Below are positions 28,784-38,746 of a stretch of 64,000 bases of DNA, one piece after another (positions within the stretch are counted from its first letter, which is position 1; each line of letters begins with the position of its first letter). A program made the position numbers and the translations under genes. This DNA is from Halobacteriovoraceae bacterium (GTDB lineage: Bacteria; Bdellovibrionota; Bacteriovoracia; Bacteriovoracales; Bacteriovoracaceae), in NCBI GenBank assembly GCA_963719505.1, contig CAVRCF010000005.1, positions 544,001 to 608,000 of the forward strand, read 5' to 3'. The notes under the pieces were generated by a model. That model ran no database searches. It saw only the letters and a list, made by a program, of their open reading frames with translations, and was not told where the DNA came from.

Positions 28784-29945
28784 CTTCATCTCCTTTTCTA
28801 TAAACAGCTACGCGGTCAATATTCTTATATTCACCTCTAGCGTTAACAAAGCCACTGCCGATAACTTTTGCATTTCTCTTGTCGGAGTTATAAATCACGA
28901 TCTGCTCTCTTTTATAAAGAGGCTTTATCTCTTGGGTAAACTCGATATAGGCTGACTTATTATTTTTAAAATAAAGATGTGCTTCCATATGTTCGTTGGA
29001 GTATTTAAACTTAATATAGCAGTGCAGAGGCTTTCTCATATCAAGCCTTAAACTTGTCTCGAGTCCCGTTAACTGAGCACCTAAAAAGGAAACTTCCTCG
29101 AGTTTTCCTACTATAATGTCTCCGACTCTTGCTTTATAACCAATAATTTGAAACGTTTTATCAAGCTTTACACCACCGTCAGCTACCAGATCTTTTTGAC
29201 CAATAAAATGTTCAGTAATTCCAGCGTGCTCTCCATAGATAGTTTCACCATCGGAAGAGATATAATTGCCTTTTTTAATCAGTGAAGGAGCAACCTTGGC
29301 CGCAATAATATCTTTTACTGATTCAACAGATTTAAAACAAAAGTCAAAATGCTCGTTCGATGGATTTTTATGTAAACCATAATTTTTTGCGATCTTCAAA
29401 ACCTCAACCCGTCGAAGCTCTCCCAGAGGTAGGATCAGATGCTTGAGAATCTCTTGATCAAGTCCTGCCAACAAGACGGACTGGTCCACATCAATATTAT
29501 TATTAGCATGAATATAGAATTCGTTTGAATTTAGATTTTGATGGACCTTACAATAGTGGCCAGTTGCGATCATATCAGCATTTAATGCCTTCATTTTTTT
29601 CAAGAGAATTTTCATTCGAATAGAAGTGCACTGAAAGCAAGAACTGTTGGCCAAGGCGTTGAGCTTTCCCTCGACTAATCTATCCATGACCTCATAGTCA
29701 AACTCCGACTTAATATCCGAGGCATATAAAGGAATTTTCATTTTATCACATAGCTTTTGGACACTATCCATATCACTTATATGGCATTTGGGAGCATCGT
29801 GATCACCAGAGAAACCAGTTACCATCGCTAATCCGATAACGTCAAAGCCTTGTTTTTTCAGTAAAAAAGCCGCAACAGCTGAGTCGACTCTCCCTGTGAG
29901 TGCCACAACAACCTTCTTAACCGAGCCTTTTACTACTGTATCCAT
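28749..29945 (-). CDS. Divergent MnmA paralogue
   Basis: VVVALTGRVDSAVAA, SSCFQC, IATGHYC, DQSVLL and DFCF motifs; C-terminal barrels like MnmA; start at Met 29945 assumed. Confidence 0.8.
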   Translation of the reverse strand: MDTVVKGSVKKVVVALTGRVDSAVAAFLLKKQGFDVIGLAMVTGFSGDHDAPKCHISDMDSVQKLCDKMKIPLYASDIKSEFDYEVMDRLVEGKLNALANSSCFQCTSIRMKILLKKMKALNADMIATGHYCKVHQNLNSNEFYIHANNNIDVDQSVLLAGLDQEILKHLILPLGELRRVEVLKIAKNYGLHKNPSNEHFDFCFKSVESVKDIIAAKVAPSLIKKGNYISSDGETIYGEHAGITEHFIGQKDLVADGGVKLDKTFQIIGYKARVGDIIVGKLEEVSFLGAQLTGLETSLRLDMRKPLHCYIKFKYSNEHMEAHLYFKNNKSAYIEFTQEIKPLYKREQIVIYNSDKRNAKVIGSGFVNARGEYKNIDRVAVYRKGDEDEEEIFTDFKF

Positions 29946-30007
29946 AAGAATCTCTATTCCTTTAGGCAAATTATATCGTAAATATTTAATTTAACAAAGA
30001 TGGTAAA

Positions 30008-30664
30008 ATGACGATAAGGATAAAGATGATTAAAAATAACCTGGAGCAATATTCACTCTTCTTGTTTGATCACGAGAACGAAAGCACTTTTGAGATGCCA
30101 AATCCGTTGAAAGAATTCATCTCTTTTATGAAAAGTAGTGGCACAAGTGGTGTCATTGATTTTAGTTTTTCAGCCGGTATCAGCTCCCTACACCCATCAA
30201 AGACTCTAAAAGATAATTTTATACTAGACTCTGTTCCTAGTAGTCTTATCAAGAATAACGAAGATAATTTTAAATCACTATTAAAGACCATTAAAAATGA
30301 AACGCTTATAGGATTAGTGAACTCTTTGAAACCCTTTGACAAGGAGCCCCAGTACTACTGTGAGAATGATATCTCAGTAGCTTCAATGGTAAAATCTCTC
30401 CTTTCAAAATCAAAATATATTTTTATTGATGATACTCAACTTAAACTTGATCATGAAACTCTTGAGATAATTAAAGACTGTATTAAAATCGAGATGGAAC
30501 AAAATCAAAGAAAGGTCTTCATCAGCACTAAAAGAGCAACGAGTTGGCTCAGTATCACCAGTGCTATTGTCACAAATAAAAACGGCTCGTTTAGCGTTAA
30601 AGATATGACAGAGCAAAAATCAATCTACCATCACAAGCATTTAGATCTGGTTAAAGCGAGCTAG
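30008..30664 (+). CDS. Hypothetical protein resembling a degenerate ABC ATPase domain
   Basis: SLHPSKTLKDN, VASMVKSLLSKSKYIFIDD, KLD and KVFIST echo Q-loop, Walker B, D-loop and H-loop regions; no Walker A. Confidence 0.55.
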   Translation: MTIRIKMIKNNLEQYSLFLFDHENESTFEMPNPLKEFISFMKSSGTSGVIDFSFSAGISSLHPSKTLKDNFILDSVPSSLIKNNEDNFKSLLKTIKNETLIGLVNSLKPFDKEPQYYCENDISVASMVKSLLSKSKYIFIDDTQLKLDHETLEIIKDCIKIEMEQNQRKVFISTKRATSWLSITSAIVTNKNGSFSVKDMTEQKSIYHHKHLDLVKAS

Positions 30665-31652
30665 TCTTTACTGAACAATTCATCTTAAAAGACTTTGATG
30701 TAAATTTATTCATCGCCTTTACTCTTAACTGTAAAATCTTATTTCCCAATCTAATATCAAAATTTGCAACATCTTTTTTAAACTCACTCACAAGTGGCCA
30801 GGCCACCTCTAACATCTTGTCATACTGCTCGATACTATTTGAATAAGGAAGATATCGTTTTTGCTGGGCTTTATAGAAACAGGTTGCCTGAATAATCTCT
30901 TTATCTCCAAAGCCAAGCAGAGGAAGAAGGTCGAGGCATAGTTTTTCAGGATCAGTTGATAGAAGATTTTTTATATGAAAATAGACTAATTTATTAATGG
31001 CGTAAAGCATCTCTTTATAAAGGTCTCGGTCTCGTCCTTCCAATTGACCAGATAACTGAGTTTTACCAAGATCAACCCAGGAAGCAAAACTCCCCTCGTA
31101 CTCCATGTCGTGATTTGAAAACAACTCATTGCCAAATCTGTTAATGATAAGGTCGCACTCATTATTAAAGCTGTCTTGGATAGCAATCATTTTGTCATGA
31201 GAAAAAGATTGAAAATATTTTGTAAAGAAACTTCTAAGTCCCGCACTCTTGGTATTAACGTACGCTTGAGCTTTAGATAGTTTAAGGCTTATCGGATAAA
31301 AAGAAGTATTAGACTTTAAAATAATATCCGCTTCTGAAAAAGTTGAGTTTTGAGAAGCAAGAGCAACTTTACCGACGATGGCAATATCAGTGATATTCTC
31401 CAAGGAGATCTGCTGAATAATATCATCGGCCAGGCCTGAAGCGAGAGCCGGCAGATCAATTAATAACTCAGGGTAATACTGTCTTATAAAAGACTCTTGA
31501 ATCTGCAACATTTTTTTGAATTCATGAGACAAAGAAGCTAGAAACTTCATTTCAATATTTAGCTTTCTACTCAGACTTGAACCAACGAGAAACTCAAAGA
31601 GGTTTCCTTTATACTCGCTAAGAAGAGCTTGCTGGCGGGCCGTTGAGCTCAC
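30651..31652 (-). CDS. Hypothetical protein with a PD-(D/E)xK restriction-endonuclease-like motif
   Basis: KGNLFE...EADIIL...PISLK. Confidence 0.55.
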   Translation of the reverse strand: MSSTARQQALLSEYKGNLFEFLVGSSLSRKLNIEMKFLASLSHEFKKMLQIQESFIRQYYPELLIDLPALASGLADDIIQQISLENITDIAIVGKVALASQNSTFSEADIILKSNTSFYPISLKLSKAQAYVNTKSAGLRSFFTKYFQSFSHDKMIAIQDSFNNECDLIINRFGNELFSNHDMEYEGSFASWVDLGKTQLSGQLEGRDRDLYKEMLYAINKLVYFHIKNLLSTDPEKLCLDLLPLLGFGDKEIIQATCFYKAQQKRYLPYSNSIEQYDKMLEVAWPLVSEFKKDVANFDIRLGNKILQLRVKAMNKFTSKSFKMNCSVKTSSL

Positions 31653-32953
31653 TTACTCCAGTATCCATCTTCAAGTCCATCCTCTCTTTCAGGAAGTCCC
31701 TTAAGGAGTCGCGGTGAGTTTTGATTTAAAACCTCAAAACTTACCCTATTGGCGTATTTTGATATTTGAGAGATAGATGAATAGGTCAAATATATCGAAT
31801 CGTGTTTGGGAGAATTTGGAACCACATCTCTGTGGTAACAATTGGCACTTATATCGTGAAGAAGAGCAGATAAAGCGGCATCACCAGCACCATTTGTATT
31901 CTTTATCGTCGCCGGTCCACCTTTAAAAGGACTAATATGCGTATAAATCTTTAGAGGATTTTTGCAGTCACTTTTTCTCATTGCTCGGGAGTATTCAAAC
32001 TCATTGTAATTGACTATTGATTTGGTTACAAGTGGCTCTTTTGATTTTCTTTTTACCTCATCATCTGTGTAAGAGCCAAGATACAACCCTTTTTTACCAA
32101 CTGTCACCAAAGCTAAATCGCATATTTCAAGCACCTTTTCAGTGGCCAGTAAATGATCTTCAATACCAGTTAAAGCGAGAGCTTCTTGTTGGTTCATGGC
32201 AAGAGCGGTGACGTATTCATTTATAAATGAATTTAAAAATTCTTTTCTAGCTTCAACCAAGTCACTGGTTCCAAGTGACATGACAACCGGAACTCTGCTC
32301 TCTTTTGCAATCTGACAGGCCTTTATCGTTGCTCCAAAAACAGGATCATTTTCATTTCTTAAAGTATAAGCTGAAATCAAAAGTGCAGCTGATTTTGAAA
32401 TAATCTTTACAGGAATCGATTCCGCAGTGAGATCGTTCATACAGCCTTTACTAATGGCAAATGTTCTCTCTAAGTCGGGAGTAATAAAGCATAGAGCTCT
32501 TCCCATGGGCTTCTCACTGGGCTGGAGATAAGACATATCGACCAGACCACTGGTTTTAGAAAGGTATTTAAAAGCATAGTCGCCAACTTCAATCTGTCTT
32601 TTAATTGACCCAAGAGCATAGCTTGAGACATCACTGAGAACGGAATAGTTATGAAGTGTATTTCCAATGGCGCCACCGGGATACTCTCCCGTTACCTTTC
32701 CAAGTTTTTTATATTCAGCGTAGATTGAATCGGCGAGTTCATCTTCTATTATAAAAGATTGGCCTTTAGAGAATTTATGTTGATTTAAAAAGTCATCCGT
32801 TACTTCTATTTCAATATCTACTAAGAGCTGATCGATGCCTACAACATAGACATCTGATTTAGACATATCGAGATCGTTAAAAAGCAAAGTTGATCTGTCT
32901 TTTTCAGTGACCGGAAAGTAATGTTTTGTATTACGACGTCCTGGAAACTTCAT
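31649..32953 (-). CDS. gsk: Inosine/guanosine kinase
   Basis: MKFPGRR.KHYFPV N-terminus; GIDQLLVDIE, GNTLHNYSVL and NTNGAGDAALSALLHD motifs. Confidence 0.93.
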   Translation of the reverse strand: MKFPGRRNTKHYFPVTEKDRSTLLFNDLDMSKSDVYVVGIDQLLVDIEIEVTDDFLNQHKFSKGQSFIIEDELADSIYAEYKKLGKVTGEYPGGAIGNTLHNYSVLSDVSSYALGSIKRQIEVGDYAFKYLSKTSGLVDMSYLQPSEKPMGRALCFITPDLERTFAISKGCMNDLTAESIPVKIISKSAALLISAYTLRNENDPVFGATIKACQIAKESRVPVVMSLGTSDLVEARKEFLNSFINEYVTALAMNQQEALALTGIEDHLLATEKVLEICDLALVTVGKKGLYLGSYTDDEVKRKSKEPLVTKSIVNYNEFEYSRAMRKSDCKNPLKIYTHISPFKGGPATIKNTNGAGDAALSALLHDISANCYHRDVVPNSPKHDSIYLTYSSISQISKYANRVSFEVLNQNSPRLLKGLPEREDGLEDGYWSK

Positions 32954-33079
32954 ATAACCCCTGCAAAATTCTTTAAAAGTAGTCTTAATTCAATAAGATA
33001 CATACCTTTTGTTGCACCGATTAGACAAGAAAAACAATTTTGTGGTATTTTTTACAAAACTATAAAACAGGACCCTAAT

Positions 33080-33877
33080 ATGAGTGACTTTCCTATTTTC
33101 AAGTATTTTGCACCTAAAGAGCCTTTTATTGGAATTGTCTCTATTCCACATTCTGGGGAATTTATCCCAGAGGAGTTCAAACCATTTCTAACAGACAATT
33201 TAAAGGCTTTGGCCTGTGATGTTGATTTTAAAGTCGATGAATTAGTTGATATCGAAAAGTTAAATAAAGCCGGTATCGCAGTCATCGTCTCTACGATCCA
33301 CAGGACTTGTGTCGACTTAAACCGACCGGAGCAATCAGCGGTCTTAAATTGGAAGTCTAACTCTAAAGGCGAAAAACTTGTTGTCGCTGAGCCAGATGCA
33401 AAACTAAAAAGTCTTTTTGAGTCTAAGTACCATATTCCATACTTTGAAATGCTCAAGACGATGATTCATGAGCTGAAAAAGAAGGTAAAGCTTCCCATCT
33501 CTTTTATTGATCTTCACAGCATGCCATCAAAGCCCACTGAGTATCATCTTAAAATTACCCCAAATCAGCCTCTCGTGCGTCCAGACTTTTGTGTTAGTGA
33601 TATTGAAGGTTTATCTTGTTCAAAACAATTCATTGATTCGATCTGCAAAGAGCTTGAAGGGTTCTCTTCAAATGTGACTCAAAATATTCCCTACTATGGC
33701 GGTCATATCACAAGGTATATAAACGAGACTTATACGGATATCAATAATATTCAAATAGAAATTAGTCGCGCAATATACATGGATGAAGAGGATAAAGTTT
33801 TAATCGATGATCTTGTGAATCCCTTAAAAAAGAATTTAACTCAATCTCTTATTAGCTTTTTTCAGACTAATCTATAA
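33080..33877 (+). CDS. N-formylglutamate amidohydrolase family protein
   Basis: SIPHSG, RTCVDLNR, DLHSMPS, NIPYYGG and QIEISRAIYMDE motifs; ATG at 33080 chosen. Confidence 0.87.
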   Translation: MSDFPIFKYFAPKEPFIGIVSIPHSGEFIPEEFKPFLTDNLKALACDVDFKVDELVDIEKLNKAGIAVIVSTIHRTCVDLNRPEQSAVLNWKSNSKGEKLVVAEPDAKLKSLFESKYHIPYFEMLKTMIHELKKKVKLPISFIDLHSMPSKPTEYHLKITPNQPLVRPDFCVSDIEGLSCSKQFIDSICKELEGFSSNVTQNIPYYGGHITRYINETYTDINNIQIEISRAIYMDEEDKVLIDDLVNPLKKNLTQSLISFFQTNL

Positions 33878-35090
33878 TAAGAGTATTTTTTCTTTTACGC
33901 TTATTTTTCTTCGCTTCTTCTAAGAGAATTTTTAGCTTTTGCTGCTCCGTTAATTCAACGGGCTTATCAACTTCAACTTTCTTCCTCAAAAGCTCTTTTT
34001 GCTCTCTTTTAACTTCAAGTTCAATATCTCTTTTAAGCTTAACATCATCACTAAGGTTTAGGTTATCTATAGATTTGTTAGTAAAGGTTTGACCGTACTT
34101 TTGCAAAGCAAACTGATAAAGGGCTTCCAACTGCTTTTGATTGCCTTTACCTTTTTCTAAGTTTTCAATCATCTCGATAATATAGCTTTTATTATCATTT
34201 GCATGAGTCCATGCAGAGAGTAAGAAAAGCATTCCTCTATGATCAATTTGCTCAACATACTCCAAATTCTTATATTCTAAATAGAGAATTTTTGCCAGTC
34301 TATCACTTCCACCACGAAATTTAACTTCATTTAGAAATTTATATCTCACAAGCTTAGACTCTTCATTATTTCTCTCCGTCAATAGGATAAAGGAATAAAT
34401 GAGTCCTCGGGAATACGTTAAAATCATCTCGGTGATGTAATCTTTATTCTTTGAATCCAACTCAATGATTGCCGTACTTGTTCCCTTGACTAAAGAATAA
34501 CTGAGGTATCTTTCAGGTAAAACTTTTGATCTAAGCTGAATAAGGTAGAGGTTATAAACCATCTCCTTGAAGGTAATATTCCAACCTTCAATCTTCTTGG
34601 TAAAGATATCTCTCCATAAGTCTTCTCTTGAAAATGATTTTAACTCTTTTTGAATAAGTGGCAGTTTAAAAAGCTCTTGAGATTTTATGACATTTGGAAA
34701 GAGCCTATTTTTTAGAAAATAGAGCTTTGATATATCTCGATTACTTTCACTGTGAAGTCTTAAACCAAAACTTGTTGAACGAGATTGCTCGTCATAGCTC
34801 AAAACAGGTGAAACATAGAAAAAAGGATTCTTTACCGGCATTGGGATGACAACATCCATAAAGTGAAATTTTTGCCAAAGGTCTGCATTTCCAAGCTCTT
34901 TTGAGTCCCCCGCAATTAATTCACCAGGAAGCAGGTAACTTTTCTTGAAATCCGGTAGCGAGTACCATTTAGAGTCGTAATCATTATTGAGTATTTTATT
35001 ATAATAGTAGTAAGGAGAAACAAAGATAATTGCTGCGCCTGAGATTGCCAGTACTAAAAGAAAAGTGAGAGCGAGGATAAAATTCTTCAT
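33867..35090 (-). CDS. Hypothetical membrane-anchored protein
   Basis: 407-aa ORF with an N-terminal TM. Confidence 0.75.
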   Translation of the reverse strand: MKNFILALTFLLVLAISGAAIIFVSPYYYYNKILNNDYDSKWYSLPDFKKSYLLPGELIAGDSKELGNADLWQKFHFMDVVIPMPVKNPFFYVSPVLSYDEQSRSTSFGLRLHSESNRDISKLYFLKNRLFPNVIKSQELFKLPLIQKELKSFSREDLWRDIFTKKIEGWNITFKEMVYNLYLIQLRSKVLPERYLSYSLVKGTSTAIIELDSKNKDYITEMILTYSRGLIYSFILLTERNNEESKLVRYKFLNEVKFRGGSDRLAKILYLEYKNLEYVEQIDHRGMLFLLSAWTHANDNKSYIIEMIENLEKGKGNQKQLEALYQFALQKYGQTFTNKSIDNLNLSDDVKLKRDIELEVKREQKELLRKKVEVDKPVELTEQQKLKILLEEAKKNKRKRKNTLIID

Positions 35091-35139
35091 AATAGTCGTA
35101 TTATTAACAGCTTATCACAGAATGAAGTAAAAATAATCC

Positions 35140-35167
35140 TAAATATTATTCACTTATCCTCCGATAG
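35140..35167 (+). promoter_or_regulatory. Putative sigma28 (FliA)-type promoter
   Basis: TAAATATT-N12-TCCGATAG. Confidence 0.55.
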
Positions 35168-35192
35168 GTTAAGTAGAAAACCAGAGGTTATT

Positions 35193-35930
35193 ATGAAATT
35201 TACAATGTTTTTGTTCCTACTTTCTTTTATCATCACCAGTTGTGATGCTCCTGTGCGTACAAGAGTTGATACAAGTGATGCTTATGGATCCAACTCAAAT
35301 GCCAGCGGAAATGGAGATGGAACAGTGACTAATCCAGATACAACACCTGGTAATGGCGTTGTTACAGGCGGAGAGGGTCAAGGATCAGGATCAGACAGTG
35401 ATAATTTTCCTGGCTGCGAATACTTAAGCCCACAATATAATGGTGGCTCACTTGGATATTTTGGACTTTGCCAAGGCATTGACCAAAGACAGTTTAAAAC
35501 AATACTAGCTGAAACAATGTCTATTTGTTACGTGCCTGTCCATATCTTAAATAGTGGAAACTCTTTCAAGCTTGGTAAAGCTGAATGTGTAACAGCCCCA
35601 CAGCCAGACAAGGTTTACTACATGACACTTAATAAAGAGGGTGTCGCGCCAAACTACAATAATCCAAGACCTGAAGCCGTCAATGGAGTCATGGTTATAA
35701 AACCAGGCTCTTTAAACGCTTATATGGGTTGTATGAATGCAAAAGAGGACTTCTTCGTAGCGGCTCCTAATTGTTGCTTTAATAAAGTCTACAATCCAAC
35801 AACGAATAGATACAACTGTGCTCAGCCTAATCCAGCTTGTGAGCAAGCTGCAAATCAAGAAGCAAGCTACAGATGCGGCATGTTTGTTCAAAATCACTCG
35901 GACAACTACAGACAAGTTGATTTTAGATAA
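35193..35930 (+). CDS. Cys-rich hypothetical lipoprotein
   Basis: GAGG RBS, lipobox ITSC, Gly/Ser linker, many Cys. Confidence 0.8.
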   Translation: MKFTMFLFLLSFIITSCDAPVRTRVDTSDAYGSNSNASGNGDGTVTNPDTTPGNGVVTGGEGQGSGSDSDNFPGCEYLSPQYNGGSLGYFGLCQGIDQRQFKTILAETMSICYVPVHILNSGNSFKLGKAECVTAPQPDKVYYMTLNKEGVAPNYNNPRPEAVNGVMVIKPGSLNAYMGCMNAKEDFFVAAPNCCFNKVYNPTTNRYNCAQPNPACEQAANQEASYRCGMFVQNHSDNYRQVDFR

Positions 35931-36824
35931 TCAGTTTGGAATTTTTCTATTCTTTTTCTCGCCTACGGCATAGAACTTATAGAGCCCATCATCAATAGAG
36001 GGGAAAGTCACCACTGGCATGAGTGCACTGTCTTTTGAATTTGGAATTTCAACACTTAAACAAATAACAATATAGAAAAATGCCTTTCCACTTTTTTGAA
36101 AACTTTTTATAAAAGTAAAGATCTTATCTCCAACATCATCAATCGTATGAAACTCTGAATCTGGCTCATCGAGAGTTAATGTTATGTAATCGTCATAGAG
36201 AGGAAACTGCTCGAAAGGAATATCACTTTCAGATCGTCTCTCGAGAAGATCTGCGAGATACTCAGACTTTTTTAGATCCATATCCTCTATCAACTCAGAA
36301 GGCAAAGTAATGTCTTCTAACTCACCATCATTGGATTCAAGTTCTAGTTCGTTTGAACTTTCAGGACTAGTAAAAACTTCGTTATCGTAAGCCTTGCCGC
36401 GTTTATAGGCTTTGACCAGCTCAATAGATGCCGTCAGTGTTTTAAAAAAAACGAACGCCGGTTCTCCTTCATAATAAGAACAAATCAAAATATAAAACAA
36501 CCCACCTTCAAGGGGATGAATATGAGTAAAGTACTCTTCTCCTAGGTCATTCTTCTCAGACCAAACTTCACTGGCACCATATAGAGCTTCTTCAAAAAGT
36601 TCTTTATCGTGGAATATATCTGGTTCCACTTCATCTGGTAAGATCCCAAGGCTCTCCCTTAGTGTTACTTCCTCCCGATCAAATGCTTCCATATATGGAG
36701 TAAAGAACTTCACAATACAATCCTCTGAGCAAAAGCCCCTTTTGGACTCCTCAACGAAAAGAAGATCTTCAATCTTAGAGACTTTCTGCCTGCAACTGTT
36801 ACAAAAATAGAGTTTTTTACTCAT
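35931..36824 (-). CDS. Zn-finger plus duplicated PBECR-like domain protein
   Basis: N-terminal CNSC...FCSEDC; two similar approximately 70-aa repeats. Confidence 0.6.
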   Translation of the reverse strand: MSKKLYFCNSCRQKVSKIEDLLFVEESKRGFCSEDCIVKFFTPYMEAFDREEVTLRESLGILPDEVEPDIFHDKELFEEALYGASEVWSEKNDLGEEYFTHIHPLEGGLFYILICSYYEGEPAFVFFKTLTASIELVKAYKRGKAYDNEVFTSPESSNELELESNDGELEDITLPSELIEDMDLKKSEYLADLLERRSESDIPFEQFPLYDDYITLTLDEPDSEFHTIDDVGDKIFTFIKSFQKSGKAFFYIVICLSVEIPNSKDSALMPVVTFPSIDDGLYKFYAVGEKKNRKIPN

Positions 36825-36963
36825 CTAATTCTTCTCCTTGTATCAAACTTTACCATAAATCAGATGGTTAACCCTGCCTTCCTAAAGGGTGGAAAAATTC
36901 TCCACCTCAAAAAAGAGATCAAAAAGGAATAGAATTAGAGGGTAAGTTAAATGCAGGAGGCAA

Positions 36964-37287
36964 ATGACAACAACAACGAATTTCATCCCTAAACCAAATC
37001 TCAAAAATGAAATGAAAAGCTACCTCAGCTTAGCAAGCTCTGGACACTTTCCACTATTCTTTAAGGAATGGTTAGAAGAGGGAGTCAATTCTGGTGGCCC
37101 AATGAGCTTCCAAGTCGCCAATAGAAACGTGCGTGATACCTTCAAAAAGCTCTCTCGTCACAGAACTGAACAGAAAAAAAAGACTGCACTTACAGGTCTA
37201 AAAAAAGAAGAAAGAGATATCTTTGTAAAATCATTTATCAAGGTTGTTGAACATAATCTTCTTAAGGATATGAAAACACTTCATTAA
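36964..37287 (+). CDS. Hypothetical protein
   Basis: AGGAGG RBS; 107 aa. Confidence 0.75.
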   Translation: MTTTTNFIPKPNLKNEMKSYLSLASSGHFPLFFKEWLEEGVNSGGPMSFQVANRNVRDTFKKLSRHRTEQKKKTALTGLKKEERDIFVKSFIKVVEHNLLKDMKTLH

Positions 37288-37574
37288 TGAAAGCTCTCTC
37301 AACTCTCCTATTGGCAGCATCACTAAATATTGCTCATGCTGAGTATAGAGTCTACCAATACGTTATTAAAAATAAAGTCGCTACTTCTAAGAATTCTGAA
37401 GGTGTCATCGTTCAATCAACATTAGATCCCACAAGTTATATTGCCTATAACGGAGGATCTACTCTTGTGGCCATTGACCTTGTTAGAACATGGATTTGCC
37501 CCGGCAATACTGGTCAGCATAAAGACACATGTCCATCTCCTTATAAAAAATTAACAGCGGAGATGATCAAGTGA
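37287..37574 (+). CDS. Small secreted hypothetical protein
   Basis: Signal peptide (AHA cleavage site); WICPGNT...CP; TAATG coupling. Confidence 0.75.
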   Translation: MKALSTLLLAASLNIAHAEYRVYQYVIKNKVATSKNSEGVIVQSTLDPTSYIAYNGGSTLVAIDLVRTWICPGNTGQHKDTCPSPYKKLTAEMIK

Positions 37575-38746
37575 GACTAAAAAATGACCTCGATTTAAGA
37601 AGTGCCCAGCAAGATCACAAAACGGAGATGAAAAGACTAATATCTCATCAACAAAACGAACTTGAGGCAACGAAAAATAAACACGAAAATCAAAAAATAA
37701 ACTTGAAATCAACTCAAAAAGATCAACTTCACTTACAAAAAGTGAATCATGATAATAAAATGGCTTTAGAATCAATAAAAAATGAAAAGACCTTGGGCAA
37801 GCTCCAAGAAAATCTCGATACTGTAAAAGAGAGAATTGAAAAAACTAAAAGTGACTTGCAACAAAAACAAGAACTAGAAGTAAAAAGTCAAAAAGCTTTA
37901 CACGAAGCTAAAATTGCTAAAAGCTCCCAGTACAATACATTAAAAATGGCTGAAGCAAATGATGTTACAACTGAAGAAATTAATAAGCTCAGAGACCGAT
38001 ATGTAAGTGAAAAAAACGCGATAAAAACTCAAGGTCAAACCGAGAAAGCTCTTATAAAAGCGGAGCAAAAAGGTGAAAAAGCACTTTCAAAAGAGGTCTT
38101 TGCCAAACGATACAATAGTATGCAAGATGAAAATGCACGTGCCCTATTCAAAATAAAAGTCGATCACGAAAAAGTAAAAAATGCTGAAGAAAGAAAAAAT
38201 CTAAAAGAGATCACACAAAGAAGAGAAATCTATGGTGATCAAATGAACAAGATAGAAGAAAATGGACTAGAAGCAAAAAAGACTCGAGAACTAGAGTTTG
38301 AAAAGAAATTTCAAGCTCAATATAAAAAGCATGAAGAACTCGCAAAGACCTTGATGAGAAATAAAGAAAAGATAGTGAAAGAATTCACTGATGAGCTTAC
38401 TCAAAAGTTCACTCTTGGGGTCGATAAAAAAGATGACGATTTCTACCAGTTTGGGAAACTAGATGTCGACATTTCTGAAAATAAAAATGGCGATGGCTAT
38501 GAAATAACGATACCTGTCGGAGAACACGAAGCAGATAAAATAAAACTTGCCGGAGAAGGCAGAGAGATTCGAGTCACCATGGAGCGAGAATACTCAGACG
38601 TTATTTCGGATGAGGGTGAAGTGGACAAAATGAGTAAAATTGAAACCTTCACAGCAAAAAGAAACGTTGAAGACATCTTGGATGAAAAAACTGTTTCTAA
38701 AAGCTATGAAGGCGGTACTTTAAAGTTTAGTATTCTAAAAGCTTAA
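37571..38746 (+). CDS. Coiled-coil protein with a C-terminal HSP20/alpha-crystallin-like domain
   Basis: About 290 aa of K/E/Q-rich coiled coil, then GYEITIP...KIKL...SKSYEGGTLKFSILK. Confidence 0.7.
   Translation: MRLKNDLDLRSAQQDHKTEMKRLISHQQNELEATKNKHENQKINLKSTQKDQLHLQKVNHDNKMALESIKNEKTLGKLQENLDTVKERIEKTKSDLQQKQELEVKSQKALHEAKIAKSSQYNTLKMAEANDVTTEEINKLRDRYVSEKNAIKTQGQTEKALIKAEQKGEKALSKEVFAKRYNSMQDENARALFKIKVDHEKVKNAEERKNLKEITQRREIYGDQMNKIEENGLEAKKTRELEFEKKFQAQYKKHEELAKTLMRNKEKIVKEFTDELTQKFTLGVDKKDDDFYQFGKLDVDISENKNGDGYEITIPVGEHEADKIKLAGEGREIRVTMEREYSDVISDEGEVDKMSKIETFTAKRNVEDILDEKTVSKSYEGGTLKFSILKA

Noticed and set aside
32921-33079. N-terminal extension of the formylglutamate hydrolase ORF
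   Set aside because: It overlaps the divergent gsk start and promoter region; the ATG at 33080 has an upstream AGGA and fits the domain start
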